DNA of 61,488 bases, counting the filler. It is 5 parts of 5 records of this genome, joined end to end, with 100 filler letters (N's around TTAATTAATTAA, not from the genome) between each part and the next. Parts side by side here need not be neighbours in the genome. Positions count along the whole stretch, not along the records: positions 1 to 12,866 come from SRR22947725_3003; 4 more parts are not named here. One strand, 5' to 3'. How positions within the stretch are numbered: position 1 is the first letter of the stretch; every line of letters begins with the position of its first letter. A program made the translations under genes and the position numbers. Below the pieces are notes generated by a model, which was not told the DNA's origin, did no database searches, and saw only the letters and a program-made list of their open reading frames with translations. Positions 1-11,800 of the stretch are shown one piece after another.

Positions 1-1
1 C

Positions 2-34
2 GCCATGTTTATGGCCGCGCTGAGAAAGAAATAG
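2..34 (+). CDS. C-terminal fragment of upstream gene, probably RsmB/Fmu rRNA methyltransferase (partial)
   Basis: Frame reads AMFMAALRKK*, resembling actinobacterial Fmu C-termini; fmu usually precedes rpe in Actinobacteria. Confidence 0.4.
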   Translation, partial: AMFMAALRKK

Positions 35-43
35 GCTGATACC

Positions 44-703
44 GTGCGTATCCATCCATCTCTGCTATCGGCGGACTTTGGCAATATCGAATCCGAGCTC
101 GCCTCCATTGCTAGTGCAGATGCTGCGCACCTGGATGTAATGGACAACCATTTCGTGCCAAATCTCACCTTTGGGGTCCCGGTGGTGCAGCGCATGATCG
201 AGCTCTCACCAATACCCACAGACATCCACCTCATGATCGAAAATGTCGATACAGAGGCCGTGAAATACGCAGAGCTTGGGCCCCACTCCGTAACTTTTCA
301 TATTGAGGCATCAAAGGACCCAGTTAGCACCTGCCGAAAACTCAGGGAGATGGGCGTTAGGTCAGCGGTTGCCATCAAGCCAAACACTCCCGTGAGCTCA
401 CTTAGCGGTCTATTGGAAGAGATTGACATGCTATTGGTCATGACCGTCGAGCCTGGCTTTGGAGGTCAGAAGCTGATTACCGAGACCATGCCCAAGGTGG
501 CTGAGGCTCGCGCACTTATATCGGGTTCAAAGTTTGAAATCGCCCTCCAGGTCGACGGCGGTGTCACGCTAGAGAACATAGGTGAGTTAGCGGCGCTTGG
601 GGCCGACACTTTTGTGGCCGGAAGCTCCGTGTTTGGATCTGCAGACCACGCCCAAAGGATTCTAGAACTCAGAAAATCGGCGGCATCGGGGCTCAATCAG
701 TAA
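44..703 (+). CDS. rpe: Ribulose-phosphate 3-epimerase
   Basis: [34 protein letters not shown] and VDGG motifs. Confidence 0.97.
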   Translation: MRIHPSLLSADFGNIESELASIASADAAHLDVMDNHFVPNLTFGVPVVQRMIELSPIPTDIHLMIENVDTEAVKYAELGPHSVTFHIEASKDPVSTCRKLREMGVRSAVAIKPNTPVSSLSGLLEEIDMLLVMTVEPGFGGQKLITETMPKVAEARALISGSKFEIALQVDGGVTLENIGELAALGADTFVAGSSVFGSADHAQRILELRKSAASGLNQ

Positions 704-713
704 TCTAGAGGGC

Positions 714-977
714 ATGAAATCCTTTGACCAGCTCTTTGCCGAGCTCAGCCAGATAGCAATAGACCGCCCCGAGGGCAGTAACTCCGCAGCGCTATTGGAC
801 TCTGGCATTCATGCAATCGGCAAGAAGGTCGTCGAAGAGGCCGCGGAAGTGTGGATGGCCGCCGAGTATCAGTCGGACAAGGATCTAGCCCTTGAGGCAT
901 CCCAGCTCATCTATCACCTACAGCTTTTGCTCATAGCCAAAGGCATCAAGCTTGAAGAGATTGAGAAGGTTCTCTAA
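714..977 (+). CDS. hisE: Phosphoribosyl-ATP diphosphatase
   Basis: [18 protein letters not shown] motif; precedes hisG. Confidence 0.95.
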   Translation: MKSFDQLFAELSQIAIDRPEGSNSAALLDSGIHAIGKKVVEEAAEVWMAAEYQSDKDLALEASQLIYHLQLLLIAKGIKLEEIEKVL

Positions 978-1819
978 TGTTGCGGGTCGCAATCCCTAAC
1001 AAGGGCATCCTCTCTGACAGCGCCATCTCGATGCTCAAAGAGGCAGGTTACGCAACCAGGAGAGAGCCCTCCGAACTTCACCTGGTAGACGAGGCAAACA
1101 ACGTTGAGTTTTTCTACCTCAGGCCACGGGACATCGCCACCTACGTCGGGAGCGGTTCACTCGACGTCGGCATCACGGGTCTTGACCTCCTACTGGACTC
1201 CGGGTCTAAGGCTGAGGAGGTCGCTGATCTAGGTTTTGGAGCTTCGACGTTTAGGTTCGCAGCAGAGCCAGGCTCTGGGTTCAAAGAGCCAAAGGACCTA
1301 AATGGTAAGAGGCTTGCAACTGCCTACCCCAGGCTCATAAGTGATTACTTTGCCAAGAGTGGAATCGAGTGTCAGGTGGTGTCGCTTGATGGGGCTGTTG
1401 AATCTGCGGTGAGGCTTGGCGTCGCCGATGCGGTTGCTGATGTTGTTTCAACCGGAAACACCCTGCGCAAGGCAGGACTGAGCGTCTTTGGTCCGGAAAT
1501 ACTCTCTTCCACCGCGAGGCTCATTTCTGCTCCTGGAAAAGCAGCCGATTCAGCCAAGTTGCTGCGAAGGCTCAGGGGGGTTCTGGTTGCGAGGGAGTAC
1601 GTGATCATGGATTATGACTGCCCGAAAACTCTAGTCGAAAAGGCATCGGCAATAACTCCGGGGATTGAGTCTCCCACCATTTCACCTCTGGCCGATGAGA
1701 ATTGGGTCGCAATCCGTGCACTGGTGAGGGCAGCAGAGACTAACCAAATCATGGACGAGCTGCACGACATTGGAGCAAGGGCAATTCTGGTAAGCGCGAT
1801 ACACGCCGCGAGAATCTAG
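977..1819 (+). CDS. hisG: ATP phosphoribosyltransferase (long form)
   Basis: [29 protein letters not shown]-terminal [11 protein letters not shown] regulatory domain. Confidence 0.97.
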   Translation: MLRVAIPNKGILSDSAISMLKEAGYATRREPSELHLVDEANNVEFFYLRPRDIATYVGSGSLDVGITGLDLLLDSGSKAEEVADLGFGASTFRFAAEPGSGFKEPKDLNGKRLATAYPRLISDYFAKSGIECQVVSLDGAVESAVRLGVADAVADVVSTGNTLRKAGLSVFGPEILSSTARLISAPGKAADSAKLLRRLRGVLVAREYVIMDYDCPKTLVEKASAITPGIESPTISPLADENWVAIRALVRAAETNQIMDELHDIGARAILVSAIHAARI

Positions 1820-2577
1820 TGCCGGCTGTCCGAGTAATTCCATGCCTTGATGTTGCCGCTGGCAGAGTCGTGAAGGGCGTCAATTTTGAGGGACTGCGAG
1901 ACATCGGTGACCCGGTAGAACTCGCTTCTCGCTACTACCAAGAAGGTGCAGACGAGGTCACATTCCTTGATGTCCACGCCTCCAGCGAAAACCGCAAGAC
2001 GATGCTGGATGTGGTAACCAAGTGTGCAGAGCAGGTATTTATCCCGCTGACCGTTGGAGGGGGCATCTCCTCGTTGGCCGATGTCACATCGCTGCTTGCC
2101 GCTGGAGCGGACAAGGTTTCTGTCGGGAGTGCTGGAATTGCCAATCCCGCTTTGCTCGAGGAGATAGTCCGCGAGCATGGTTCACAGGTTCTAGTGATCT
2201 CCCTTGATCTAAAAAGAGCATCCAGGCCAAGCGGCTTCGGTGTTACAAGCCACGGCGGCAAAAACCTCACTGACTTGGATGCTCTCGAGTGGATACGTCA
2301 GGTCGAAGACCTCGGTGCTGGAGAGCTGCTGGTGAACTCCATAGATGCGGATGGAACCAAGTCTGGCTTTGACATCGAGCTAGTTGAGCTAATCAAGTCG
2401 CAGTCATCGCTACCAGTGATCGCATCGGGTGGAGCGGGCAAAGTTGAAGACTTTGTAGAGGCCGCTCGAGCAGGAGCCGATGCCGTCTTAGCGGCGAGCG
2501 TCTTCCACGAGGGTGAAATTAGTATTGGTGAGGTAAAGCAGGCCCTAGATCAAGCGAGTGTTGAGGTGAGACTTTGA
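1819..2577 (+). CDS. hisF: Imidazole glycerol phosphate synthase cyclase subunit
   Basis: [43 protein letters not shown]. Confidence 0.97.
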   Translation: MPAVRVIPCLDVAAGRVVKGVNFEGLRDIGDPVELASRYYQEGADEVTFLDVHASSENRKTMLDVVTKCAEQVFIPLTVGGGISSLADVTSLLAAGADKVSVGSAGIANPALLEEIVREHGSQVLVISLDLKRASRPSGFGVTSHGGKNLTDLDALEWIRQVEDLGAGELLVNSIDADGTKSGFDIELVELIKSQSSLPVIASGGAGKVEDFVEAARAGADAVLAASVFHEGEISIGEVKQALDQASVEVRL

Positions 2578-2891
2578 TAGATCCAAATGTCTTGACCTAT
2601 GACTCGAATGGACTAATTCCCGTTGTCGTGCAAGACGATTCCACCAAGGATGTCCTGATGCTCGGCTATGCCAATAAGGAGACCCTCAAGGAAACCATCG
2701 AGTCGGGCCGCATGGTCTTTTACTCGCGTTCGCGATCCGAGCGTTGGCTCAAGGGAGAGACCAGCGGAAACTTCCTTCACGTGAGCTCAATCTCTGTTGA
2801 CTGTGACAAAGATGCCCTGGTGGCCATGGTCCACCCAGATGGGCCAACCTGTCACCTTGGAACCACGTCATGCTTTGAGGCTCAATCGTGA
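2574..2891 (+). CDS. hisI: Phosphoribosyl-AMP cyclohydrolase
   Basis: [30 protein letters not shown]. Confidence 0.96.
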   Translation: MIDPNVLTYDSNGLIPVVVQDDSTKDVLMLGYANKETLKETIESGRMVFYSRSRSERWLKGETSGNFLHVSSISVDCDKDALVAMVHPDGPTCHLGTTSCFEAQS

Positions 2892-4372
2892 TTTCGCTGG
2901 CTGAGGTTGAGGAACTAGCGGATTCCTATAACGTCATTCCGGTTGTAAAGCGGCTGTTCAATGGAATTGAGACTCCAATCGGGTTGTATCAGAAGCTTTG
3001 CGGTGAGCGTGAAGACACCTTTTTGCTTGAGTCCGCAGAGCAGGGAGTCTGGGGGCGCTACTCATTTATTGGGGTAGCTAGTCGCGGCACGCTGACCGCT
3101 GATGAAAATCAGGCCACATGGAACTCCAAATCCAGCGCGTTGCCTTCGGAAGAGCTAGCCACTGATCCTATCGAGGCACTAAAGCAGCTCCAGAGCAGCT
3201 GGCAATCAGCGCCGGTTGATTTTCCATTGAGCTCTGGCCTCGTTGGATTTGTGAGCTGGGGTGCGGTGAATCTGATTGAAAAGCTTCCTGCACCAAAAAG
3301 TGCCGACTACGAGGTGCCGCTGTACGGGTTTAATCAATTCTCAGACCTTGTCGTTCTTGATCACTCCAAGGCTGAGATGCTGTTGGTGCATGTGATTTTC
3401 CTAGACAGCGATGGTTCTCTGGAGTCAAAGTACGAGGCCGCACTTGCCTCGATAGAGCAAATGCAAAAGGTCATCGAGACCCCTTCGGCCTCCAAGTTCA
3501 CTTCGCCAAAATGGCCCGAGCCTGAGTTTGTCACCAACACGCAAAAGCAGGACTTTATTGACAAGGTTGAGAAGGCGAAAGAGCACGTGCGACTTGGAGA
3601 TGTATTCCAGGTGGTCATCTCGCAAAGGTTTGATTCAACGCTTGAGGCTGACGCTCTAGATGTTTACAGGGCGCTCAGAGCAACAAACCCATCGCCGTAT
3701 ATGTATCTCACAAGGTGGAGTGACGCCTCGGGCAGCTTTGCCATTGCCGGGTCATCCCCGGAGGCTCTTGTGAAGGTAAGTGGGGGCCGGGCAGTAACCC
3801 ACCCGATTGCAGGTTCAAGACCAAGGGGAGAGACCTCAGCTGCGGACATGGCGCTTGCGTCTGAGCTGAGTAGCGACACCAAGGAGCGCAGCGAGCACCT
3901 GATGCTCGTTGATTTGGCACGTAATGACCTTCTCAAGATTTGCGATCCTTCAAGTCTTGAGGTCACCGAGTTCATGGAAATCCACCGGTTTAGCCACATC
4001 ATGCACCTTGTCTCGACTGTTGAGGGACAGATGCGTGAAGGCGTAACAGCAGTTGATGCCATGCTGGCCACCTTTCCTGCCGGAACGCTATCCGGTGCTC
4101 CTAAACCACGAGCCCTAGAGATCATCCATGACCTTGAGCCCAGCTATCGAGGTTTGTTCGGGGGAGTGGTGGGTTACTTCGACTTTGAGGGAAACTCGGA
4201 CCTCGCGATAGCAATTAGGACCGCACTGATTCGGAATGGTGTCGCTCACATTCAAGCCGGAGCTGGAATAGTGCTCGACTCAGTTCCAGAAAGCGAGCAC
4301 GCTGAGACCGAAGCCAAGGCCGCGGTTGTTCTCAGAGCTGTTGCTTCCGCGAACGCAATGCACAATGACTAG
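2888..4372 (+). CDS. trpE: Anthranilate synthase component I
   Basis: LLESA, NPSPYM, GSSPE, HPIAGSRPRG, EHLMLVDLARND, FPAGTLSGAPK. Confidence 0.96.
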   Translation: MISLAEVEELADSYNVIPVVKRLFNGIETPIGLYQKLCGEREDTFLLESAEQGVWGRYSFIGVASRGTLTADENQATWNSKSSALPSEELATDPIEALKQLQSSWQSAPVDFPLSSGLVGFVSWGAVNLIEKLPAPKSADYEVPLYGFNQFSDLVVLDHSKAEMLLVHVIFLDSDGSLESKYEAALASIEQMQKVIETPSASKFTSPKWPEPEFVTNTQKQDFIDKVEKAKEHVRLGDVFQVVISQRFDSTLEADALDVYRALRATNPSPYMYLTRWSDASGSFAIAGSSPEALVKVSGGRAVTHPIAGSRPRGETSAADMALASELSSDTKERSEHLMLVDLARNDLLKICDPSSLEVTEFMEIHRFSHIMHLVSTVEGQMREGVTAVDAMLATFPAGTLSGAPKPRALEIIHDLEPSYRGLFGGVVGYFDFEGNSDLAIAIRTALIRNGVAHIQAGAGIVLDSVPESEHAETEAKAAVVLRAVASANAMHND

Positions 4373-4841
4373 GGCCGTTTTGGTGCTGCTCCTTCTAATT
4401 GGAGCATGGTGGTCCCTGCTTCTGCTCGAATGGGTGGCAGTTGACAAAAGTGGAATCATTGGAGCCGAGCTAAATCAGACGATGGCCCTTCTGCCAGCGG
4501 TAGCTGCTCTCGCCGTCCTGATGTCTCTTTATCGCAAGATGCCAAGGCTGTTAGTCGCCCTGGGCTCAATGGCGATAGCTGCCACCTCAGCTATTGCGCT
4601 GTTGGGGGATCTCGCTACTTCACCCGCGGTGATTGAGGCTAGAGAGCAGGTTTCTGGTATCGCAGGTGGTGGAGCTGTAGCTCTTGAGCTTTCGCCAGTG
4701 ATTTACGTTTTTGCTTTTTCAGGGTTCGCCCTTGCAGTAGCGGCAGCTCTATTGATCTTTTTGAAACCTGGTGGTCGTTCAGTGGAAAGTGTGAATCAGG
4801 ACCTGGATGCTAGAGACCTATGGGACGAGCAGTCAGAGTAA
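4365..4841 (+). CDS. Trp biosynthesis-associated membrane protein (Trp_oprn_chp-like)
   Basis: Hydrophobic helices, C-terminal DLWD, position between trpE and trpC as in Actinobacteria; ATG at 4365 overlaps trpE stop. Confidence 0.75.
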   Translation: MTRAVLVLLLLIGAWWSLLLLEWVAVDKSGIIGAELNQTMALLPAVAALAVLMSLYRKMPRLLVALGSMAIAATSAIALLGDLATSPAVIEAREQVSGIAGGGAVALELSPVIYVFAFSGFALAVAAALLIFLKPGGRSVESVNQDLDARDLWDEQSE

Positions 4842-4874
4842 TTGTTATCATTGGCACTTAGTCGAGAGGAAAAG

Positions 4875-5096
4875 ATGTCACACAACGAAGAACCTGGTCA
4901 CGGACACTCACTTGCTGCCTGGGTAACGGTGGGGCTTGTAACACTTGCCTTCACCATTGGGACACTCTTTTTCTGGTTTGACAACGCGTTAGTCGTCTGG
5001 CTTTCAGCTGGGCTTGCGCTAGCCGCCCCAGTAGTGGGCTACCTCCTAAAGCAGGCTGGCTATGGAGTCGGTGGCTCCAAAAGCTCCTCCCACTAG
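4875..5096 (+). CDS. Small HGxxPAAW-type membrane protein
   Basis: PGHGHSLAAW motif, two TM helices, AGYG near C-terminus; SD GAGGA upstream of ATG 4875. Confidence 0.75.
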   Translation: MSHNEEPGHGHSLAAWVTVGLVTLAFTIGTLFFWFDNALVVWLSAGLALAAPVVGYLLKQAGYGVGGSKSSSH

Positions 5097-5869
5097 TGCT
5101 TCAAGGACTCTTTGATGAAAGCCTGAGGGCATCAAATGCCCGCCAGGCTCAGCTTTCGCGCGAGCTCCTAGAGGAAAGGTGCGCACTGGTTTCTAAAGCC
5201 CCTGACGCCTATGAGGCCCTGCAACCAGCTGAACACATCAAACTAATCGCCGAGATAAAGCGGCGAAGCCCATCAAGGGGCTTCCTTGCGGAAATACCAG
5301 ATGCGAAGGCCTTAGGGGCCGGATACGAATCCGCAGGTGCTCACGCAATCTCGGTGCTCACTGAGGAATCGGGATTTGGTGGAAAGCTCTCTGATTTGCA
5401 GGAGGTAAGCCAAGCAGTTTCCATTCCTACCCTTCGGAAAGACTTCATCTCTAACGACTACCAGATCTTAGAGGCCAAGGCCGCAGGGGCGTCTATGGTG
5501 CTACTGATTCTGGCTCAGCTATCCAAGGCAGAGTTTCAGAGCCTCTACGAGTTCTCCAAGTCCATAGGCTTGGAACCTTTGGTTGAGACCCACAGTGCTG
5601 AAGAGATAGCGATCGCATCGGATAGTGGCGCGAGACTAATAGGCATAAACACCAGAGATCTAGAAACTTTCAAGACCGACATTGGGCTGTTTGAGCACCT
5701 TGCCGCAAAACTTCCCAGTGGCTGCGTCAAGATTGCCGAATCTTCGGTCAAGCAACTCGCAGACGTGGAGCGCTATCGCGATGCTGGGGCAGATTGTGTG
5801 CTTGTCGGGGAGGCCCTGGTTACTGGAGATTGGGCCACTCTGATACCTGAATTCACTTCGGTCTCTTAG
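5096..5869 (+). CDS. trpC: Indole-3-glycerol phosphate synthase
   Basis: IAEIKRRSPSRG, ISVLTE, LRKDF, GINTRDL, LVGEAL. Confidence 0.96.
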   Translation: MLQGLFDESLRASNARQAQLSRELLEERCALVSKAPDAYEALQPAEHIKLIAEIKRRSPSRGFLAEIPDAKALGAGYESAGAHAISVLTEESGFGGKLSDLQEVSQAVSIPTLRKDFISNDYQILEAKAAGASMVLLILAQLSKAEFQSLYEFSKSIGLEPLVETHSAEEIAIASDSGARLIGINTRDLETFKTDIGLFEHLAAKLPSGCVKIAESSVKQLADVERYRDAGADCVLVGEALVTGDWATLIPEFTSVS

Positions 5870-5878
5870 GATTTACGC

Positions 5879-7081
5879 ATGTCCCAAAAGCTAGGTGAGC
5901 AGGTTGGCCCGTACTTCGGCCAGTACGGTGGTCGCTTTGTGCCCGAACCGCTCATCGCAGCCCTAGATCAGCTCTCGCAGGTCTATGAAGAAGCTCGCAA
6001 GGACCCCAAATTCCAAGAGGAGCTGGCGGAGCTCCACCGCACCTACACCGGTAGGCCCTCGATAATCACGGAGGCTCAGCGCTTTGCCGCGGTAACCGGA
6101 GGGCTTCGAGTATTTCTAAAGCGAGAAGACCTAAACCACACCGGTAGTCACAAGATCAATAACGTCATGGGTCAGGCACTGCTTGCCAAACGGATGGGAA
6201 AAAAGCGCATCATCGCCGAGACTGGAGCCGGCCAGCACGGTGTCGCCTCGGCCACTGCCGCCGCCTACTTCGGACTCGACTGCGTCGTCTACATGGGTGA
6301 GGTTGACACCGAACGTCAAGCCCTGAATGTCGCCCGCATGAAACTACTTGGTGCTGAGGTAATTGCAGTAAAGACCGGTTCTCGCACCCTAAAGGACGCG
6401 ATCAATGAGGCGCTAAGAGATTGGGTCGCCAATGTAGAGACCACCCACTATCTACTCGGCACCGTCGCTGGTCCCCACCCCTTCCCGACTATGGTTCGTG
6501 ACTTTCACAGCATTATTGGCAAGGAGTCCAAGGAGCAGATGCTGGAGCTAACAGGTGAGCTTCCAGCTGCGGTTGCCGCCTGTGTTGGCGGTGGTTCGAA
6601 TGCCATTGGCATCTTCCACGCATTCCTGGACGACCCAGATGTTCAGCTATGGGGGTTCGAGGCCGCCGGTGACGGAATCGACACCCCAATGCACGCCGCT
6701 ACCCTGAGCAGGGGAGTCCCAGGGGTGCTTCACGGAGCAATGAGCTACATGCTGCAAGACGAAGATGGTCAGACCTCTGAGTCGCACTCGATTTCAGCAG
6801 GTCTCGACTATCCAGGCGTGGGTCCAGAGCACTCTTGGCTGAAGGACCTGGGCAGAGCCCATTACCACGGGGTAACCGACAGCGAAGCCATGGAGGCCAT
6901 GAAACTGTTGTCCCAGACCGAAGGCATAATCCCCGCAATTGAGACAGCGCACGCCCTAGCCGGCATTCCGCACCTTGCCAAAATACTTCCTGCCGGCGCT
7001 TCGGTACTTGTAAACCTCTCTGGCAGAGGAGACAAGGACATGGAGACTGCCGGTCGTTACTTTGGACTACTTGGAGCATGA
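5879..7081 (+). CDS. trpB: Tryptophan synthase beta chain
   Basis: [52 protein letters not shown]. Confidence 0.98.
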   Translation: MSQKLGEQVGPYFGQYGGRFVPEPLIAALDQLSQVYEEARKDPKFQEELAELHRTYTGRPSIITEAQRFAAVTGGLRVFLKREDLNHTGSHKINNVMGQALLAKRMGKKRIIAETGAGQHGVASATAAAYFGLDCVVYMGEVDTERQALNVARMKLLGAEVIAVKTGSRTLKDAINEALRDWVANVETTHYLLGTVAGPHPFPTMVRDFHSIIGKESKEQMLELTGELPAAVAACVGGGSNAIGIFHAFLDDPDVQLWGFEAAGDGIDTPMHAATLSRGVPGVLHGAMSYMLQDEDGQTSESHSISAGLDYPGVGPEHSWLKDLGRAHYHGVTDSEAMEAMKLLSQTEGIIPAIETAHALAGIPHLAKILPAGASVLVNLSGRGDKDMETAGRYFGLLGA

Positions 7082-7854
7082 GCGTCCAGAGCGTCCTAAA
7101 GACAAACAAGCAGAGCGGCAGAGGAACCCTAGTTGGTTACTTCCCAGCCGGATACCCCACGGTAGAGGACTCGATTGCCGCGTTTGTCGCCCTTGCACAA
7201 AACGGCTGCGACATCCTCGAGGTTGGAGTTCCCTATTCAGATCCCGTGATGGATGGCCTTGTGATTCAGAAGGCGACCGAAAAGGCGCTAGAGAACGGCT
7301 TCAAGCTAAGTCAACTGTTTGAAGTGATTCGCGGTGTGCGTGAGCAGGTAGACACGCCAATGCTTGTCATGAGCTACTACAACCCCGTGCTTCGCTACGG
7401 GGTCGAAAGGTTCGCCGATGAGCTCAAGCAAGCCGGCGCACAAGGCATGATCACGCCAGATCTGATTCCAGATGAGGCATCGAAGTGGTTGGAGTCTGCT
7501 GATAAACACGATCTAGACAGAGTATTCCTTGTCGCTCCAAGCAGTTCGGACGAGAGAGTTAGCGCAAACACCAAGGCCTCACGCGGCTTTGTCTACTCCG
7601 TTTCGACCATGGGCATTACTGGAGAGCGCGCTGAGGTCGACAAGCTCGCAAGGGAAGTAGCAGGCAGGGTTAGCTCAATTGGAAGTGCTCCGACCTGTGT
7701 AGGCGTTGGGGTTTCCACTGGTGCACAGGTAAGAGACGTGAACACATACGCCGATGGAGCCATTGTGGGCACCGCTCTGATCGCTGCCTATGAAAGCAAC
7801 GGGCTTGATGGACTGATTGAAAAGACCCGCGAGCTAGCGAGCGGTTTAGGATAG
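7078..7854 (+). CDS. trpA: Tryptophan synthase alpha chain
   Basis: [28 protein letters not shown]. Confidence 0.97.
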   Translation: MSVQSVLKTNKQSGRGTLVGYFPAGYPTVEDSIAAFVALAQNGCDILEVGVPYSDPVMDGLVIQKATEKALENGFKLSQLFEVIRGVREQVDTPMLVMSYYNPVLRYGVERFADELKQAGAQGMITPDLIPDEASKWLESADKHDLDRVFLVAPSSSDERVSANTKASRGFVYSVSTMGITGERAEVDKLAREVAGRVSSIGSAPTCVGVGVSTGAQVRDVNTYADGAIVGTALIAAYESNGLDGLIEKTRELASGLG

Positions 7855-7858
7855 CCCG

Positions 7859-8761
7859 GTGGACTTTCTTACCGGCATCCCCTCACCTGAAATTAGCTAC
7901 ATAGATCTTGGGCCTGTGCGCATCCACTTCTATGCGCTCTTTATCCTCACCGGCATCGTAATCGCGACCACGCTCGCAGATTTCAAGCTGCACCGGCGCG
8001 GAGCAGAGCGGGGCAGCATGCTGGACATCGCGCTCTGGGCCGTTCCGTTTGGAATCTTGGGTGGAAGGTTTTTCCACGTAATAACCCACCCAGACGATTA
8101 CTTCTATGAAGGTGCAGATCTACTGGCAACCCTGCGAATTTGGGAGGGTGGCCTTGCTATCTACGGGGCAATATCGATAGGTGCAATTGGTGCATACATT
8201 GGCGCTAGACAGCTTGGGATTCGGTTCCTGACTGTCGCGGACGCCGTGGCCCCTGGAATTCTCATCGCTCAGGGCATAGGTCGCCTCGGTAACTATTTCA
8301 ATCAGGAGCTCTTCGGTCTACCAACCGAGCTACCTTGGGGTCTCGAGATTCCTAGCAGCAATCTCGCATACCCGAACGGGCTCCCGGACGGGCTCTTATT
8401 TCACCCCACTTTCCTCTACGAGATGATCTGGAACCTCACTGGAGCAGCCTTGATTCTGCTGCTGGCTGCAAGACTTAATCTTCAGTGGGGGAAGGTCTTT
8501 GCGCTTTATTTGATTGTTTATTCAACTGGAAGAGTTTGGATAGAAAGTATCCGAATTGACCCCAGTGAGATTATTCTTGGTCTTCGGGTCAACATCTGGT
8601 CAGCGCTGATCGGTGTGACTCTAGGAATCTTGATTTTCTTGGTTCAAACGCGCCGCCACCCTGGCCTCGAACCATCCATCTGGATGCCCGGCAGAGAACC
8701 TGCCACTGAGGGCACAAATGAGCCTCTCGCAGTAGACTCTGCCGAGGACAAAAACAGCTAA
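7859..8761 (+). CDS. lgt: Prolipoprotein diacylglyceryl transferase
   Basis: IWEGGLAIYG, GRLGNYFNQELFG, HPTFLYE. Confidence 0.96.
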   Translation: MDFLTGIPSPEISYIDLGPVRIHFYALFILTGIVIATTLADFKLHRRGAERGSMLDIALWAVPFGILGGRFFHVITHPDDYFYEGADLLATLRIWEGGLAIYGAISIGAIGAYIGARQLGIRFLTVADAVAPGILIAQGIGRLGNYFNQELFGLPTELPWGLEIPSSNLAYPNGLPDGLLFHPTFLYEMIWNLTGAALILLLAARLNLQWGKVFALYLIVYSTGRVWIESIRIDPSEIILGLRVNIWSALIGVTLGILIFLVQTRRHPGLEPSIWMPGREPATEGTNEPLAVDSAEDKNS

Positions 8762-8818
8762 CTTTTACGCCTGGGCCGACGAAGTCCCTACTCAACATAG
8801 GAATTCGATTGGAGAGGC

Positions 8819-11800
8819 ATGCCTGTATCACCATTCCAGCGCTTTAGCACCTTGCCAGCTGCTCAGGGACTCTATGACCCTGCCGCTGAGAAGGATGCCT
8901 GCGGTTTGGCTATGGTTGCCACTCTCAGAGGCCACGCCGGCCATGACATCGTTGAATTGGCTCTCAATTCCCTTCGTAACCTCGAGCACCGGGGGGCTGT
9001 TGGTTCTGACGCTGGAACCGGTGATGGGGCTGGAATCCTCACTCAAATACCAGATCGCTTCTTCCGGGAGGTAGTTGACTTTGAGCTGCCTGAAAGAGGT
9101 AGCTATGGAACCGGATTGGTGTTCCTCGAGGCCGCAACCTCGAAAAAAGACCTTGCCAGCCTCAGCAAATTAGCTGAAGAAGAAGGCCTAAAACTTATCG
9201 GCACCAGGACTCCACCTACGGACCCAGCAGTACTTGGGGACCTTGCTCGCGAGGCGATGCCCGAAATCCAGCAAATCTTCCTCGCAGGTGATGGACTACA
9301 TGGCCTTGAGCTGGAGCGCGCTCTGTTTAGGTTGCGTAAGCGCAGTGAGCGTGAGATTGGGATCTATCACCCCTCGCTGTCTATGCGAACGATGGTCTAT
9401 AAGGGCATGGTTACGACCCTGCAGCTTGAGCCCTTCTATAAGGACCTCTCGGACGAGCGGTTCGAATCACTATTGGCGCTAGTTCACTCGAGATTCTCAA
9501 CCAACACGTTCCCATCTTGGCCACTTGCCCACCCCTTCCGCTTCATTGCCCACAACGGCGAGATCAACACCGTCAAGGGAAATGCGAACTGGATGGCTGC
9601 GAGAGAGTCTCAACTTTCCTCTGAGCTCCTAGGCGACATGGAATCGCTAAAGCCGATTGTCTCCGATGGCGCATCGGACAGCGCAACCTTTGATGAGGTT
9701 CTAGAGCTCTTGGTTCTTGGTGGTCGGTCGCTCCCTCACGCCATGATGATGATGATTCCGGGGGCATGGGAGAAGCAGCTGGACATCGACCCCAAGGTCA
9801 GAGACTTCTTTGAGTATCACTCGATGATCATGGAGCCCTGGGACGGGCCGGCAGCAGTCGTCTTCACCGACGGAAGTCTCGTGGGGGCAACCCTGGACAG
9901 AAACGGCCTCAGACCCGGTCGCTTCGTTGTCACCGAGGACGGCTTCGTGATCCTCGCGAGTGAGATTGGTGTCTCGGACATTCCTGCGGACAGAATCGTG
10001 CGCAAGGGCAGGCTGCAGCCAGGAAAAATGTTCCTAATTGACACTGAGGCTGGGCAAATCATTGAAGACGAGGAGATCAAGTCAGAAGTTGCTTCTCTTG
10101 AGCCCTGGGGAGAGTGGCTTGACGCCGAGAGGATCAACCTCAAAGACCTTCCAGAGCGCGAGCACATTCGCTATTCCTCCGCATCGGTGGCGAGAAGGCA
10201 GCGAGTTTTCGGCTACACCGAGGAAGACCTAAAGGAGTTCATCTCTCCAATGGCCAGATTCGGTCGGGAACCGATTGGTGCAATGGGAAGCGATACCCCA
10301 ATTGCGGCGATCAGCGACCGACCTCGACTGCTCTTCGACTACTTCACACAGCAATTTGCTCAGGTTACAAACCCTCCGCTCGACGCGATTAGGGAAGAGG
10401 TTGTCACATCAATGACCGCCAGCATTGGTCCGGTTAGGAACCTGCTGGATGCTTCGCCAGAGCATGCGAAGCAAATGGTTCTTGACTACCCGATCCTGAC
10501 CAATGACGAGCTTGCTCGTATCAAGCACATTGACCGTGGAAACAACATCGGCAAAGCAATCTCAGTTTCTTGCCTCTACCGCGTCGACGAGGGCGAACAG
10601 GCCCTTCAAGAGCGCCTCGAGGCTATGTGTGACGAGGTAGATCGAGCGCTGGAAGCTGGCGCCACGTTTGTGATTCTTTCGGACCGAGACTCGAACCGCG
10701 AGCTTGCTCCTATTCCATCGCTGCTCAGCTGCTCAGCGATTCACCACCATCTAATTAGGCGTGGAACAAGGACCATGGCCGGACTCATAGTTGAGTGCGG
10801 TGACGCGCGCGATGTGCACCACATGGCAACGCTCCTCGGTTATGGCGCCTCTGCGATAAACCCCTATCTAGCCTTGGAGACCGCCGAGGACATGGTGGTC
10901 AAGGGTCTAATCACAGGCATCACCCCGGAGCGCTCAAGCAAGAACATGATTAACGCGCTCGGTAAGGGCGTACTGAAAATCATGAGCAAGATGGGAATCT
11001 CGACCGTAGCCTCCTACGCAGGAGCCCAGTGCTTCGAGGCGGTTGGACTCTCGCAAAAACTTATCGACCAGCACTTCACCGGAACTATCTCAAAGCTTGG
11101 GGGAGTGGGGCTAGATGTCCTTCATACCGAGATTGAAAAGCGTCACCGTCACGCCTACCCGCTAGAGGGTGCGACCAGCGTCCACATGCCTCTTGAGGTC
11201 GGTGGCGAGATGAAGTGGCGTCGCGAGGGCCCACCGCACCTTTTCAACCCGGAGACTATTTTCAAGCTTCAGCACTCCACCAAGAAGAAGTCCTACGAGA
11301 TCTTCAAGCAGTACACCAGCGCGGTCGACAACCAGGCCGAGAGACTCATGACCATACGCGGTCTGTTCAAACTCCGCACCGACGAGCGCAAGTCCATACC
11401 TATCGAGCAGGTCGAACCGGTCTCAGAGATAGTCAAGCGTTTTGCCACAGGAGCTATGTCAATGGGTGCGATCAGCCCCGAGGCTCACGAGGTGTTGGCA
11501 ATCGCAATGAACCGAATCGGCGGAAAGAGCAACACCGGCGAGGGTGGCGAGTCAGTAGAGCGTTTGCTAGATCGAGAAAAGCGATCGGCAGTGAAACAGG
11601 TAGCATCTGGCCGCTTTGGCGTCACAAGCATGTACCTAACCCACGCCGATGACATCCAGATCAAGATGGCACAGGGAGCAAAGCCTGGCGAAGGTGGTCA
11701 GTTACCTCCTCACAAGGTTTATCCGTGGATTGCAGACCTGAGACACTCAACACCCGGTGTTGGCCTGATTTCGCCACCTCCTCACCACGACATATACTCC

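Noticed and set aside
2888-4372. trpE without adjacent trpG or trpD
   Set aside because: Normal split arrangement in Actinobacteria
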